The notes beneath the pieces are model-generated. The model did no database searches. It was not told the origin of the DNA and saw nothing but the letters and a program-made list of their open reading frames with translations. A stretch of 64,000 nucleotides of DNA, from assembly GCA_964542965.1 (NCBI GenBank), contig CAZIVH010000002.1:487-64486 (forward strand), in the 5' to 3' direction. A program made the position numbers and the translations under genes. Within the stretch, counting starts at the first letter, position 1; the number at the start of each line of letters is the position of its first letter. Shown here piece by piece: positions 30,474-40,589 of this stretch. Source of the DNA: an uncultured Candidatus Peribacteria bacterium (GTDB lineage: Bacteria; Patescibacteriota; Gracilibacteria; Absconditabacterales; Absconditicoccaceae).

Positions 30474-31274
30474 TTACGATCCGATAGCCATTCTAACAAA
30501 CGCAATGACTTTCATATCAGCTGGCAAGATTTCCTTTACTTTTTTAGCGCCATCCCTGATATATTCCTGTTCCAAAAGGACAAAATCAGCCAACGTCTTT
30601 TTGATTTTTCCATCGACAATCTGAGCAATCATAGCTTCAGGCTTTCCTGCAGCCTTGAGTTCGGCTCAAAACTCTTCTTTCATCCTTGCTATTTCATTTT
30701 CATCCACTTGTTCAAAAGACACATAGGTAGGATTCATAGCAGTCACTTGCAATGCCACTTCCTTGGCCGCTTCATCATTTCCTCATTCGAAGAAAATCAA
30801 TGTAGCTACCTTATTTCCTGGATGATTGTAGATATATGCTTTTTTACTTGTTACCAACACTCCTCCAATCTTCATATTCTCTCCTGTCTTGCCCATAAAT
30901 TCTTTCACTTCATTTTCTACCTCTTCAGCTATTGCAGGATCAAGATGTTCTAAAGCAGATATTTCTTTGTCTCCCTGCGCAATCTTATTGAGTACGGAAT
31001 CAAACAACGCTTGGAAATTTTCATTTTTAGCGACAAAGTCGGTTTCACACAAAAGCTTCAGTCCAACTGTTTTACCATTGAGCTCCGTTATCTTGACAAT
31101 ACCTTCTTTGGTCTCTCTTTCTGCTCTACTTCCTGCTTTCGCGATACCCTTTTTTCTAAGCACTTCCTGTGCCTTTTCCAAATCATCTCCTGCCTCAGCC
31201 AATGCTTCTTTACAATCTTTGAGGGGAGCAAAAGTGATATCTCTTAGTTGTTTCAATAATTCTATGTTTGACAT
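30474..31274 (-). CDS. tsf: Elongation factor Ts
   Basis: MSNIELLKQLRDITFAPLKDCKEALAEAGDDLEKAQEVLRKKG (UBA-like N-terminus). Track ORF 30783-31274 is extended through 2 TGA to TAA 30474; gaps checked. Confidence 0.85.
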
Positions 31275-31277
31275 GAG

Positions 31278-31303
31278 AATAATGATAAATGATAAATGAT
31301 ATA
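31278..31303. repeat. Tandem heptad AATGATA x3 between tsf and the upstream membrane-protein gene
   Basis: aataatgataaatgataaatgatata. Confidence 0.4.
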
Positions 31304-31307
31304 TTGA

Positions 31308-31769
31308 TTATGGATTTTTCTGTTGGGGAATCTGTTGTTTCTCAGATTCTTTTTCCTCCTTGATTTCGAAGAGCGTCATAATCCATCCTCATAGAGCATA
31401 GAATATCGCTAACTTATTTTCTTCGGCTATGTTGTATTTTCCGTCTCGAGCACGCTTGATAAATATTCCTAGGAATATCACCATGATAATCACAGCAAAG
31501 ATGGGGATATATTTTATCAATGGCAAGAGCATCATTACAGACGTCGCAACGATCAGAAGAAGGAAGACCGCTCGCCATCACAACGATTGTTTGAGATGAA
31601 AGGTTTCAAAATCATTCTTTTTCTGATTATTGAGTGCGACGACAATGATACCTATAAGAAGATACATCATCACTGCTCTCTTTTTCTCCGTACTACTAGG
31701 GATATACGCCTCTGTGGAAGCTTGAGCCGCCGTCTGAACGACCGCTTCTGGCATTTTTGTTTCTTCCAT
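31308..31769 (-). CDS. Small integral membrane protein (153 aa)
   Basis: Track ORF 31578-31769 extended through 2 TGA. Several hydrophobic spans: MMYLLIGIIVVAL, AVFLLLIVATSVMMLLPL, IFAVIIMVIFLGIF. Confidence 0.5.
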
Positions 31770-31820
31770 CTACATCAAAGAGAAGATAAATTGCTTTTTG
31801 GCAATTCTATGGTATGAAAA

Positions 31821-32483
31821 TTATTTGAACATACTATTTAAGACAAAATCAACGCTCTTATGACTTCCCATATTAGCGATAATTATGCTATCTTCAGCCC
31901 GTCGTCTAGAGAAATTCGTACCTGCGATAACGATATTTTGGATTCCAGGAGTCTTTTCTATCTCGTTAATGAAATTATCCATCATCTGTCCATCAAGCAC
32001 GATGATCAATTCTGGCTTTCTGGTTAGATTCTTTACTCCTTTATAAATCTTCAATACTCTAGCAAGTTTTCTCTTGTAGACTAACTGTTCTTTTTTCGTC
32101 AATGACAAATATGCTTCGCTATCAATGAAACGAGCCATACTATTCATAGACTCTATCCTCTTCTTGAGCGTCTCGAAATTCGTCAAGAATCCGGAAGGAA
32201 GTTTGTAGTTGAGGTAATTGACTCCGTATTTTTCACCGAGCGTTTCAAGTTCATCAGCATACATCTTTTTTTCGGAAACGATCAAAATCTCTTTTCCATC
32301 AGCTTTTGCTTGTTGGATTTTCTTTTTCGCGTTCTCGATCTGCTCTATGATGATTTCGGGATTGATCACTGCTATATTGTTTACTACCCCAGCCCGATAT
32401 TTGTTGGTCTTTGGGTGAGCTTCGCTTTTGAGCGTACCAATATGAGCTTGCGCCTCAATCACATCGTTTACAGATATACTCAT
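31821..32483 (-). CDS. rpsB: 30S ribosomal protein S2
   Basis: Intact 220-aa ORF with ...AQAHIGTLKSEAHPKTNKY... and the ...IIVLDGQMMDNFINEIEKTPGIQNIVIAGTN... pattern. No TGA. Confidence 0.85.
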   Translation of the reverse strand: MSISVNDVIEAQAHIGTLKSEAHPKTNKYRAGVVNNIAVINPEIIIEQIENAKKKIQQAKADGKEILIVSEKKMYADELETLGEKYGVNYLNYKLPSGFLTNFETLKKRIESMNSMARFIDSEAYLSLTKKEQLVYKRKLARVLKIYKGVKNLTRKPELIIVLDGQMMDNFINEIEKTPGIQNIVIAGTNFSRRRAEDSIIIANMGSHKSVDFVLNSMFK

Positions 32484-32508
32484 AATGTTTACGATTTGAT
32501 AAAATAAA

Positions 32509-32595
32509 GTGAAATTTGAAATTTACAATTTGAAATTTGAAAACGTAAATACGCGATTTCAAAATTTTAAATTTCGCCTTTCAAATTCAAAATTC
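32509..32595. repeat. Heptad-arm inverted repeat (TTTGAAA flavour) filling the rplL-rpsB spacer
   Basis: gtgaaatttgaaatttacaatttgaaatttgaaaacg taaatacg cgatttcaaaattttaaatttcgcctttcaaattcaaaattc. Confidence 0.55.
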
Positions 32596-32985
32596 TTACT
32601 TAAGGGTGATAGTAGCTCCTTCAGCCTCCAATTTAGCCTTAATACCTTCAGCCTCTTCGTACTTAACTTTTTCCTTGATGACAGTAGGTGCCTTTTCTAC
32701 AAGGTCTTTAGCTTCCTTAAGTCCGAGTCCAAGAACTTCCTTAACAACCTTGATAACTCCGATCTTTTGCTGTCCGATATCTGTCAATTCGATATTGACG
32801 GAATCAGCATTTCCACCAGCAGCTCCTGCATCTGCAGCTCCACCAGCAGCTCCTGCAACTACCATAGCAGCTGCGCTTACGCCAAATTCTTCTTCTAAAG
32901 CTTTAACCAATTGGTTTAGTTCGACTGCACCCATCCCTTTGACGAGATCCATTATCTTCTGTGCATTTCCTGATAATTCTGCCAT
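32596..32985 (-). CDS. rplL: 50S ribosomal protein L7/L12
   Basis: 129 aa: ...[15 protein letters not shown]..., Ala/Gly hinge, then ...[27 protein letters not shown]... Confidence 0.9.
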   Translation of the reverse strand: MAELSGNAQKIMDLVKGMGAVELNQLVKALEEEFGVSAAAMVVAGAAGGAADAGAAGGNADSVNIELTDIGQQKIGVIKVVKEVLGLGLKEAKDLVEKAPTVIKEKVKYEEAEGIKAKLEAEGATITLK

Positions 32986-33024
32986 TGTTGTATAAAATAA
33001 AGTAATAAAATACTAGATATGTTT

Positions 33025-33140
33025 GAACGATTAAACGATGAAACGCTTAAACGCTTAAACGACTAATAAGATTGGAATATTGAAAGATGTAAAAATTGAA
33101 CAATTAATTTTTCCATTCTCCATATCTCCATTCTTCCATG
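33025..33140. repeat. Two heptad/octad arrays (TTAAACGC flavour, then ATTGAAAGATG / TCCATTCTCC inverted pair) in the rplJ-rplL spacer
   Basis: gaacgattaaacgatgaaacgcttaaacgcttaaacgac; gattggaatattgaaagatgtaaaaattgaacaatt / tttttccattctccatatctccattcttccatgg. Confidence 0.55.
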
Positions 33141-33141
33141 G

Positions 33142-33765
33142 TTATTCAGCTGGTGTTTCTACCGGTGCTGCTTCTTCAGCCTTTGGCTCTTCTTTTGTTT
33201 CTTCTTTCACTTCTTCTTTTGGCTCCTCTACTTTTTCTTCCTTAACCTCAGCTACTTCACCATCTTTCTTCGCGATTTCACTAAGTGCAACAGCGAATGA
33301 TTGCAATGGATAGTTGAAGAGATAACAAAGCTTTGAGATCAATTCTTCTTTTGAAGGAACATTAGCAAGTTCATTAACATACTCTCCATCTTGCCGTTTC
33401 TTCTCGAACCGTCCTCCAATAAAAGATAATGCTGGTTTCTTATTCTCTTTCTTGAATTCCTTCAGATATTTGTTGATCACTTTGAGCGGAGCATATTCAT
33501 CGTTTTGCGCATACAACGCAAACACAGGCCCTTCCAAGGCATCGACACCGACTTCTTCAAGTCCTGCGTCTTTGAGTGCTCTCAGGAAGATTCTCTTCTT
33601 GATGATATTCATCTTTCCTTCAGCATTACTCAGCTCTATCCTCATCTTGTTCGCAAGCGTAACAGGAATAGCCGATTGTTTTACAATCACTGCATTCTTT
33701 GCATTTTCAAGATCAGTTACATATCATTTCAATAACTGTGTCTTCTTGTCTTTGGTGATAGCCAT
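33142..33765 (-). CDS. rplJ: 50S ribosomal protein L10 with acidic/Lys-rich C-terminal tail
   Basis: MAITKDKKTQLLK-[TGA]-YVTDLENAKNAVIVKQSAIPV... is in frame with track ORF 33142-33690. Confidence 0.8.
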
Positions 33766-33958
33766 TGTCCTACTATTATAAAGTATAAATTTTCTTGATG
33801 AAAACAAAAAGACCCATTTTCAAGGTCCATACAAAAAAGAATGTTTGTATCTGAACCTCGGTAGGAATTGGTATTTTATGCGTTTTAGCAACCTACTGTC
33901 TTTGGTGTTTCAGTGAGTGTTATAGAAAAATTGGGAGAGAATGCAAGAGAAAATTATC
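33766..33958 (-). promoter_or_regulatory. rplJ upstream region: putative promoter plus structured leader with a terminator-like hairpin
   Basis: On the minus strand: TTGCAT, 16 nt, TATAAC. Then hairpins AGTAGG...CCTAC and ATACAAAcattcttTTTGTAT, and GACCttgaaaatGGTC followed by TTTTTGTTTT. Could be an L10-leader-type attenuator, but unverified. Confidence 0.25.
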
Positions 33959-34756
33959 TTATTTCTTTCATATTTCAAGAAAATATCATATAAGTGCGCT
34001 CAATTCGTTATATAGATCAAGACATTGTCATTTGATCTTTATGTCTTGAATTTGATCTATTACTCTCTTTACCTGCAATGAATAGCTAAGAATAAACCAT
34101 TTTTGCTCTTCAAATCATGCATTGAATTTTTCCCAGATTGCCGGTCCATTTTCTTCCAATCATTTTATCATACCCCTCAAATTATGTATCCTATCAGATA
34201 AGGACAAAATCAAGGACTTACCTGATACCGTATCTAAATGCTTGATGTATGCAACCTTCCTCTCTTTTCGTGGTAATGATTTATCTTGCTCTGTAACATC
34301 ATCCACTAGCCCCAGAATATCTCCAGTATATTTTGATTCCAATAACATTCTTCAGCCTTCAACATCTTCTATCACATCATGCAACAATCAAGCTATTATT
34401 AACTTTTTATCATTTGTCACACGACTTATTATTTTTGCTACGGCGATTGGATGATCCGTATATGGAATATTTCCTATTTTTCTGTATTGATCTTTGTGAA
34501 ACTCCATTATATCCTTTAGTGCATTTTGAATATCTCCATCCTCTGAAACCATTTCAAAAGTCTTTTCCTCTAATTCTAGGTTTTTCTGAAAACTATCATA
34601 TGTATCTTTTATCTTCTCTGTACGATGTTTTTCGAATGCCTTTATTTGTTCTTCTGTAGGATCTCCATCATATCCTTGATCAAAATTATTCGCCATCGTC
34701 TCAAGTGTCTTTTTATCTTCTTTATTAGCGTCATATGTAGTCATGTCGTTTTTCAT
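33959..34756 (-). CDS. HD-domain protein, RelA/SpoT-type hydrolase only (small-alarmone-hydrolase/Mesh1-like)
   Basis: ...FHKDQYRKIGNIPYTDHPIAVAKIISRVTNDKKLIIA-G-LLHDVIEDVEG-G-RML...LVDDVTEQDKSLPRKERKVAYIKHLDTVSGKSLILSLSDRIHNLRGM, the classical HD_4 motifs. Every codon down to TAA 33959 was read by hand. ATG 34756 preferred over the track's TTG 34774. Confidence 0.75.
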
Positions 34757-34789
34757 TTTTACTATAGTAAACAATTAAAAATAGTATAT

Positions 34790-37700
34790 TTATTTATATT
34801 TTCAAAGCAAATCTTCTTTTTGCTGATCTGTTATATATCATTTTTGATAAGCCTCTTCTATGGATAATATAGACGCATCTCTATCAAATACATCATTTTT
34901 TATCTTATTATGTACATACTCGAAATCATATTGATATACATATAACGGTTGTCATTTTGAGGTAGCCATCTTATTTAATATCCCATCCCCTATCGACAGA
35001 TCTACATCTCATCATCAATAGAATTTCACGACATCGGGTCAATATTTATTATATAATTCAATTATTGTATTTCTAGCACCATTATGTCCCGATTCGAATA
35101 TTTCTAAAGGAACCGTTCTTCATAATCATTCTTCTCAATACTCACTAAGCATCCTGGTATTCTGACTAATCGTTCTTTTGAGCACTCCATTTATAAAACA
35201 TTCATTGAAATCTCTCATTACAAATTCAACCCTAACATTATATCAAAGTTCTTTTGCTTTTTCTATATTCTTATTTGCATTTTTATATGTTTTGAATGTT
35301 CAATCTAAAACAACTGCATATTCATTATTTGGAGATAGATCATCAATAGATGATTTACCACTTCATGCTCATCATGCCAAGAATTTCACTGTATTATTAT
35401 ATTTTCATTTATTCTGGATCAATAGATCTTCAAAATAAGTATCTGCTAAATATGACGCAGCTTCATGAGTTTTATTAGCATCTATTCAGACCTTTCATCC
35501 CACAAAATCTCTAAAATCATCAACATTCACTACATTACCCATTTTTTCTTTGTACTTTTCTATAATTTCTGCATAATTGTTTTTTGCATATTCTGTGATT
35601 TGTTCTGCTGTCATAGATTCAAAGAACACTTTTTCTTGCTTGAATTCCACTTTTATATCTATATCTTCATTTCAATCAATCCATGGATCTAATTCTGATG
35701 TATTATTCTCAGACACTGCATCCACAGTATTTTCTTCTATAGGAATATCCATTTCTTCAATTAGATTTGTTTCATTAGTAATATCACCAGTTCATTCATT
35801 ATCCTCTATTTCTCTATCAGATTCTGTCGATACATCCCCTTCCAACAAAACCATTTTAGCATATTCATACTCACTTTTAAGCGCCTCCAGTTGTGACAGC
35901 ACCTTTTCATCTCCTGTTCATTTGGCTATTTTATCTTTTTCTTCTTGTATTTTTTGATCAACTATCGTCATTCTTTCTTCTATCATCTGTGTAGGCGTCA
36001 GGTATCCATTAATCAATCACAGCCTAAAGAATATTCCTTTCTTATCCTTCGGATTTTGTATCATCTCTTGTTGTTTGATCTTCAGCTCTTCCAAGGCTAT
36101 GAGATTTTCCCTTTTCAGTGTCTCCATCTTCTGGAGCAATGTGGTTAATTGCCCTATTCTTGGATCGGTTTCTGCAATAGGGAGACGAGTATTTGCATCA
36201 ACGAATGATTGCGTATTTGAGTCAACTATAATATTGTTTTGCGACAAAAATATATTCATATCATTTAATGCATCTTGAGAATTCTTTGTAGTAAGCTCAA
36301 ATTTACCTACTTCCGTAGGCGACATATATGTCTTTATTTTACCTATACCAAGACTTCATCATTCCAAGAGTCATCCATACGCAACCGTATTGAAAAATAC
36401 CTGACAGAGATTATCGAAAGAAAAGTTTTGCTCTGTTGCATCTTTCATAGACAATAATGCATCCAAAAAATTTCATGACTCATATTGTTTATTTCATCAT
36501 GATGATGTTTCATTTCCTAATGCCGTCTGTCACACAATAGGTCATTCGCCTATTCCTGCAAAGGTATATACTCCCGTCTGTAAGATATTTAATGGGATAT
36601 CCACCAAAAAGGATTCTATGAATAGTTCTTCTATTCCGAAGACCATAACTTTTCATCATAATCATCACAATCCTCTTATTTTTTCCATAAAAGGAGCAAA
36701 CTTACTTCCTATTCAAAAGGTGGCAACCGTGGAAATATAATCGAATCACAGCCCTCATATAAAACTCGCTGTCCCTACTCGTTCATCCTTATCGTTGTAT
36801 GCTCATACACCCCTCATAAATCACACACCAAAAGGATCTACTTTATTGTTTGTGCCACTCATTTCTCATCATGCACTTTCATATAACCACTCCCCAGTAT
36901 TCCATACTTCTTGTCCTATACCATTTCACAATCTCAATCACACAGTGAATCCGGCTGAAGTAGCCCAAACATTCTTAGTAAAAATTCATGCAATAGCTGC
37001 TCACGCTATTCATCCGACCATACCCGTAAAGCTTCCAAATGCTCTCTGCCTATTATTATACAGATCATCTACAAACTGATCCCATTGATCTGAAAGATTT
37101 TCTCCAAAACTATTCCTTACAATATCATCCGGATTGGGTCATTGAGAAAAATCAAGGCTCACTTTTCATGACAAACTAGGTATCTTCCCTGTCGGTTTAG
37201 GGTTTCTCAATTGCAAAAGCTCTACATATCTCGTTTCCAATGCTATAGTCGCATCATATATCTTACCTGAATATTTATTTATTATCCTTTTATTATTTGA
37301 GTCAAATCAAGCTATAGCGCCATCTCATCACATCATCACACCATCTTCACCATGATAGAGATCAAAATTTTCTTTCAATTCTCTCTCCTTAGCATTCTCA
37401 AAGTCAGTTATCCTTTTATTTTGTTCTTCAAAATACTTATAAAAACCCATGATATCATTTATAGGTATCGATGCATCTATACCCAACTGCTTTCCTTGCT
37501 CATAAAACTTTGTGGTATATACATAGAGGTTATCTATATCTTGATTTCCTCTTCCTATAAATCTGTCGTATTTTGATTTTGCGTTAATATCTAACATAGT
37601 ATAGGATCATACTTCTTTTTCTGCTCATGACGTATTTCGTCGATTTTTTTCCGTTATTTTACCCGAAAGAATATATGGCTGAACTTTGGAAAAAATGTAT

Positions 37701-39130
37701 CCGCTATTCAATCGGCCAATAATCGTATCCTTATTAGCATTTGCAAACAATCATTTTTCACTCAAACCCTCTGCTGTCCATCATGCAAATATGTTTTCCA
37801 AAAAAACATTTATTTCTGTGCCACTCTTGCCATCTATATTATTCAACACATATAGTTTAAACGCATCCTTTCGTAAAGGATTTGAGAGATCAAGCGTTCA
37901 CGCCAATAATTTTTTTTCGGTTGCAGATCCTTTAGTCTGTAATTTTTCTACGCATCATATAACGCTTGTATAATATGCAATACTATTATCCATATTCACC
38001 AAATTCACTCATGTCATCAATCATGTATCCTTCAATTGTATCTCTCATGTAGATGATTTTTCCATTTTCAGCAACAAAGGAGATGTATATCACGGGAACA
38101 AGGTGATATATTGCAGTAATAACGACTTAAAATTGAGACATATATACGATTTATCGCTTTCTTTCACTGTTTCTGGCAGTGGTAGATACTCTCAGATATT
38201 GTCTACCTTTATTTTCGATATATCTTCTGAAGTCACTATATCAGTAAGTATTTTTATCCAATTAGGCTTTGTTTTCCCAGTAATTCAGAATTTTTCTAAA
38301 TTTTCTGTGAAATCTTGGATATTTATCTCCTTACTTATCTCATTATTAATCTTCATTCTTTCTTCCATGTCCTTTTTCTTCTCTGCAAGCTCCGTTTCAT
38401 ACACCGTTCTCTGTTCCGAAATGACCGAAATAATATCCATTTTATCTGATATGTTTGCGATATCTATATTCTTTTCCATCTGGATATCTCGTTCATCATC
38501 GATAATATTTATATACATGATTCCTGAATCAGACAATGTTATTGCTTCTCATTGTCTATTTTTGATATTGTTTGCCTCAAGAAAATCACAAAAAGCTCAT
38601 TGCCTTTTTTTATTCAAAAATTCCTGACAATTTGTTGCATTATCAATTATCGTATATGGTTCCTGTACAATCTCTCTATGCGTATCGAATATTTTTGTTG
38701 TAAACACAAGACTTTCTGTTGTTTCATCATATTCCAAAGATTCACCTGGCAATAATCCAACTCATTGTGTCTTATAGAGCTCTACCCTATCATAAATAAG
38801 TTCCTGTCATATTTTACCATCGATGATCATATCTTTATCGCCCTCCAATATCCTACACAACTGATATACCTTTATGGTATTTTCATCATATTTGGATATA
38901 TCAATCTCTTCATCAATAATATCGTGCATAATTCCTTTACTATCAAATGCATATTTTTTTTGTTCTTTTTTATCTATATTTTTTTCTAATGCTTTTATCA
39001 ATTTAGCTATCTGTCTCTCATCATTTTTCTTATCTTTTGTTATATCATCAAAATGTTTCTCTAACTCTTGCAGCGAGATCTCATTTTCATTTCATTCTGT
39101 TTTGGCGATTTTCTCTAAAATCTCTGCCAT
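34790..39130 (-). CDS. Giant protein (1446 aa, about 69 in-frame UGA) with Gly-zipper hydrophobic core, coiled-coil/acidic region and C-terminal zeta-toxin/AAA_33-like P-loop kinase
   Basis: All 73 sequence lines checked in the frame shared by track ORFs 36017-36325, 37328-37597, 38285-38536 and 38807-39001: no TAA/TAG between ATG 39130 and TAA 34790. Walker A VKFLA-G-G-A-G-SGKSSIDD (35351-35374) has three UGA glycines. Followed by AVVLD-G-TFK...GYNVRVEFVMRD...LGRTVPLEI. Central segment FGSFTGMVGGIAGAAIAGIFTKNVWATSAGFTVGLRLGNGIGQ. Confidence 0.8.
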
Positions 39131-39135
39131 GAAGC

Positions 39136-39420
39136 TTACATACTATCTAAAAGTTTATCCAGTTCTTCGTCCGTCATTTTCATTTCTTGATCTTCTTTTG
39201 ATTTGATCTTCTTGATTAGCTTAAGTCCCTTTTTGAACGTATCTTTTTCTTTCTCTGCTTTTACTGTCTCTATTGCCTCTTGCAATGCGCCTATCAGTTT
39301 ATCCATAATTTCATCCGTGATATATTTACTTTCTAGCAACGCCAAAAAACCATCCGCAAGATTCCGATGAGGCTTGAGTTTCGTGAGCACTTTGACGAGC
39401 AATTGTTTCTTTTTTTCCAT
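39136..39420 (-). CDS. Small helical protein (94 aa) translationally coupled to the giant gene
   Basis: Intact ORF MEKKKQLLVKVLTKLKPHRNLADGFLALLESKYITDEIMDKLIGALQEAIETVK...; its TAA lies 5 nt before the giant gene's ATG. Confidence 0.6.
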   Translation of the reverse strand: MEKKKQLLVKVLTKLKPHRNLADGFLALLESKYITDEIMDKLIGALQEAIETVKAEKEKDTFKKGLKLIKKIKSKEDQEMKMTDEELDKLLDSM

Positions 39421-39642
39421 AGTCAGGTAAATACATAAAATTTGCTATCATAAGTATATCCCAAACCACTTCTCAATATAAAAAAAACGTTCCAAAGAAC
39501 GCTTTTCTAGATGACATTTTCTATTTTTATGATATATTATTTATTGAGGAATATTTCATAAAAAACAACGAACATATCTCTTCTCTTGTATTTTTCATCA
39601 AAATCCATATACGAATAAGCGATTTTATCGTCTCTCAACGCT

Positions 39643-40548
39643 ATGATAGAGGCCAAGATGGCGAAAGATTTTTTGCGTACCGTATCATCGGAGTATCCAA
39701 ACTTCATGAGCCATTTTGATATTATCACTGCCGCTTGTGACTTTGCCGTCCACGCACACAAGGGACAGAAAAGAAAATATTCCGGTGAACCGTATCTTAT
39801 CCACCCCCTTAGCGTCGCTCTGCTCTGCGCCAAGAATTTCAATGATATCGATCTCTTTATTGCAGCTATTCTTCACGATTGCGTTGAAGACAACAATAAT
39901 ATCGAAATGAAACAAATCTACGAGACGTTTTGAGAAAAGATAGGCTTCATAGTAGATTCCGTCACCGACACCACTACCTATTTCTTGAATGCTCCACATA
40001 CGATATACAACGATAGGATAGAAAAAATCCTAGCATGAGGAATGCTCGACATCAGATGCATTCTTCTTAAGCTCTACGACAGGGAACACAACATCGATAC
40101 ACTCAGTGGCTTAGAACCACATAAACAGATCAGAATGAGTTTCGAAACGCAAGCGATCTATGAACCGCTCAAAAAGCTCTTCGGCGGATATCAAGACACG
40201 CCTCTAACCATCGAATCCTGTGAAAGTATTCTGTACCATTATCTTCGTGCCAATCGCATCACTACGCCGACATGACTCAAGGAAGCATTACTCAACCAAG
40301 CGTTTTTCGCTTTCGATAATGACACGTTTACCATCGTCTACAAGAACACTAACCGCATCTTCCGACAGATCGATAACAAGAAAGTTTTTGAGAAACTGGT
40401 GGAAAGCAAGAATTTCGACGAAAAGATAGAAGTTATCTCTATACAACAGGACAGCCAAGGAAAATTCCTCGCCGTTTTCAAATATAAAAGAGGGAATATT
40501 TTTGAAGATCTCGACAGCAAGTTCAGGATACATACCAACTTCTCATAA
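39643..40548 (+). CDS. RelA/SpoT-homologue hydrolase-only protein (HD domain plus ~130-aa C-terminal domain)
   Basis: ...FAVHAHKGQKRKYSGEPYLIHPLSVALLCAKNFNDIDLFIAAILHDCVEDNNN...FGEKIGFIVDSVTD...DIRCILLKLYDREHNIDTL; canonical SpoT hydrolase motifs, no synthetase domain. Track ORFs 39643-39933 and 40042-40275 joined through 3 TGA; gaps checked. Confidence 0.8.
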
Positions 40549-40589
40549 TATATTTATGATTTACCATTTTATCGTCTTATCGTTAATCT

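Noticed and set aside
32509-32595. Heptad and octad tandem arrays in spacers as possible CRISPR arrays.
   Set aside because: The period is only 7-8 nt with no unique spacers. Arrays are 25-50 nt long and paired with inverted partners, and no cas genes are in the window.
32606-33313. Plus-strand Ala/Ser/Pro-rich ORFs (32606-32995, 33080-33313).
   Set aside because: They are antisense to the clearly recognisable rplL and rplJ genes, so they are spurious.
35178-39206. Plus-strand track ORFs rich in Ser/Phe/Ile/Leu (e.g. 35577-35957, 38103-38627, 38874-39206).
   Set aside because: They are antisense shadows of the continuous 4341-nt minus-strand frame, have low-complexity composition, and carry no recognisable motifs.
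39482-39507. Hairpin aaaaaaaaCGTTCcaaaGAACGctttt between the divergent giant-gene operon and the HD gene.
   Set aside because: It looks like a bidirectional terminator, but it sits between two divergent starts with no upstream gene to terminate. The stem is too short (5 bp) to call.
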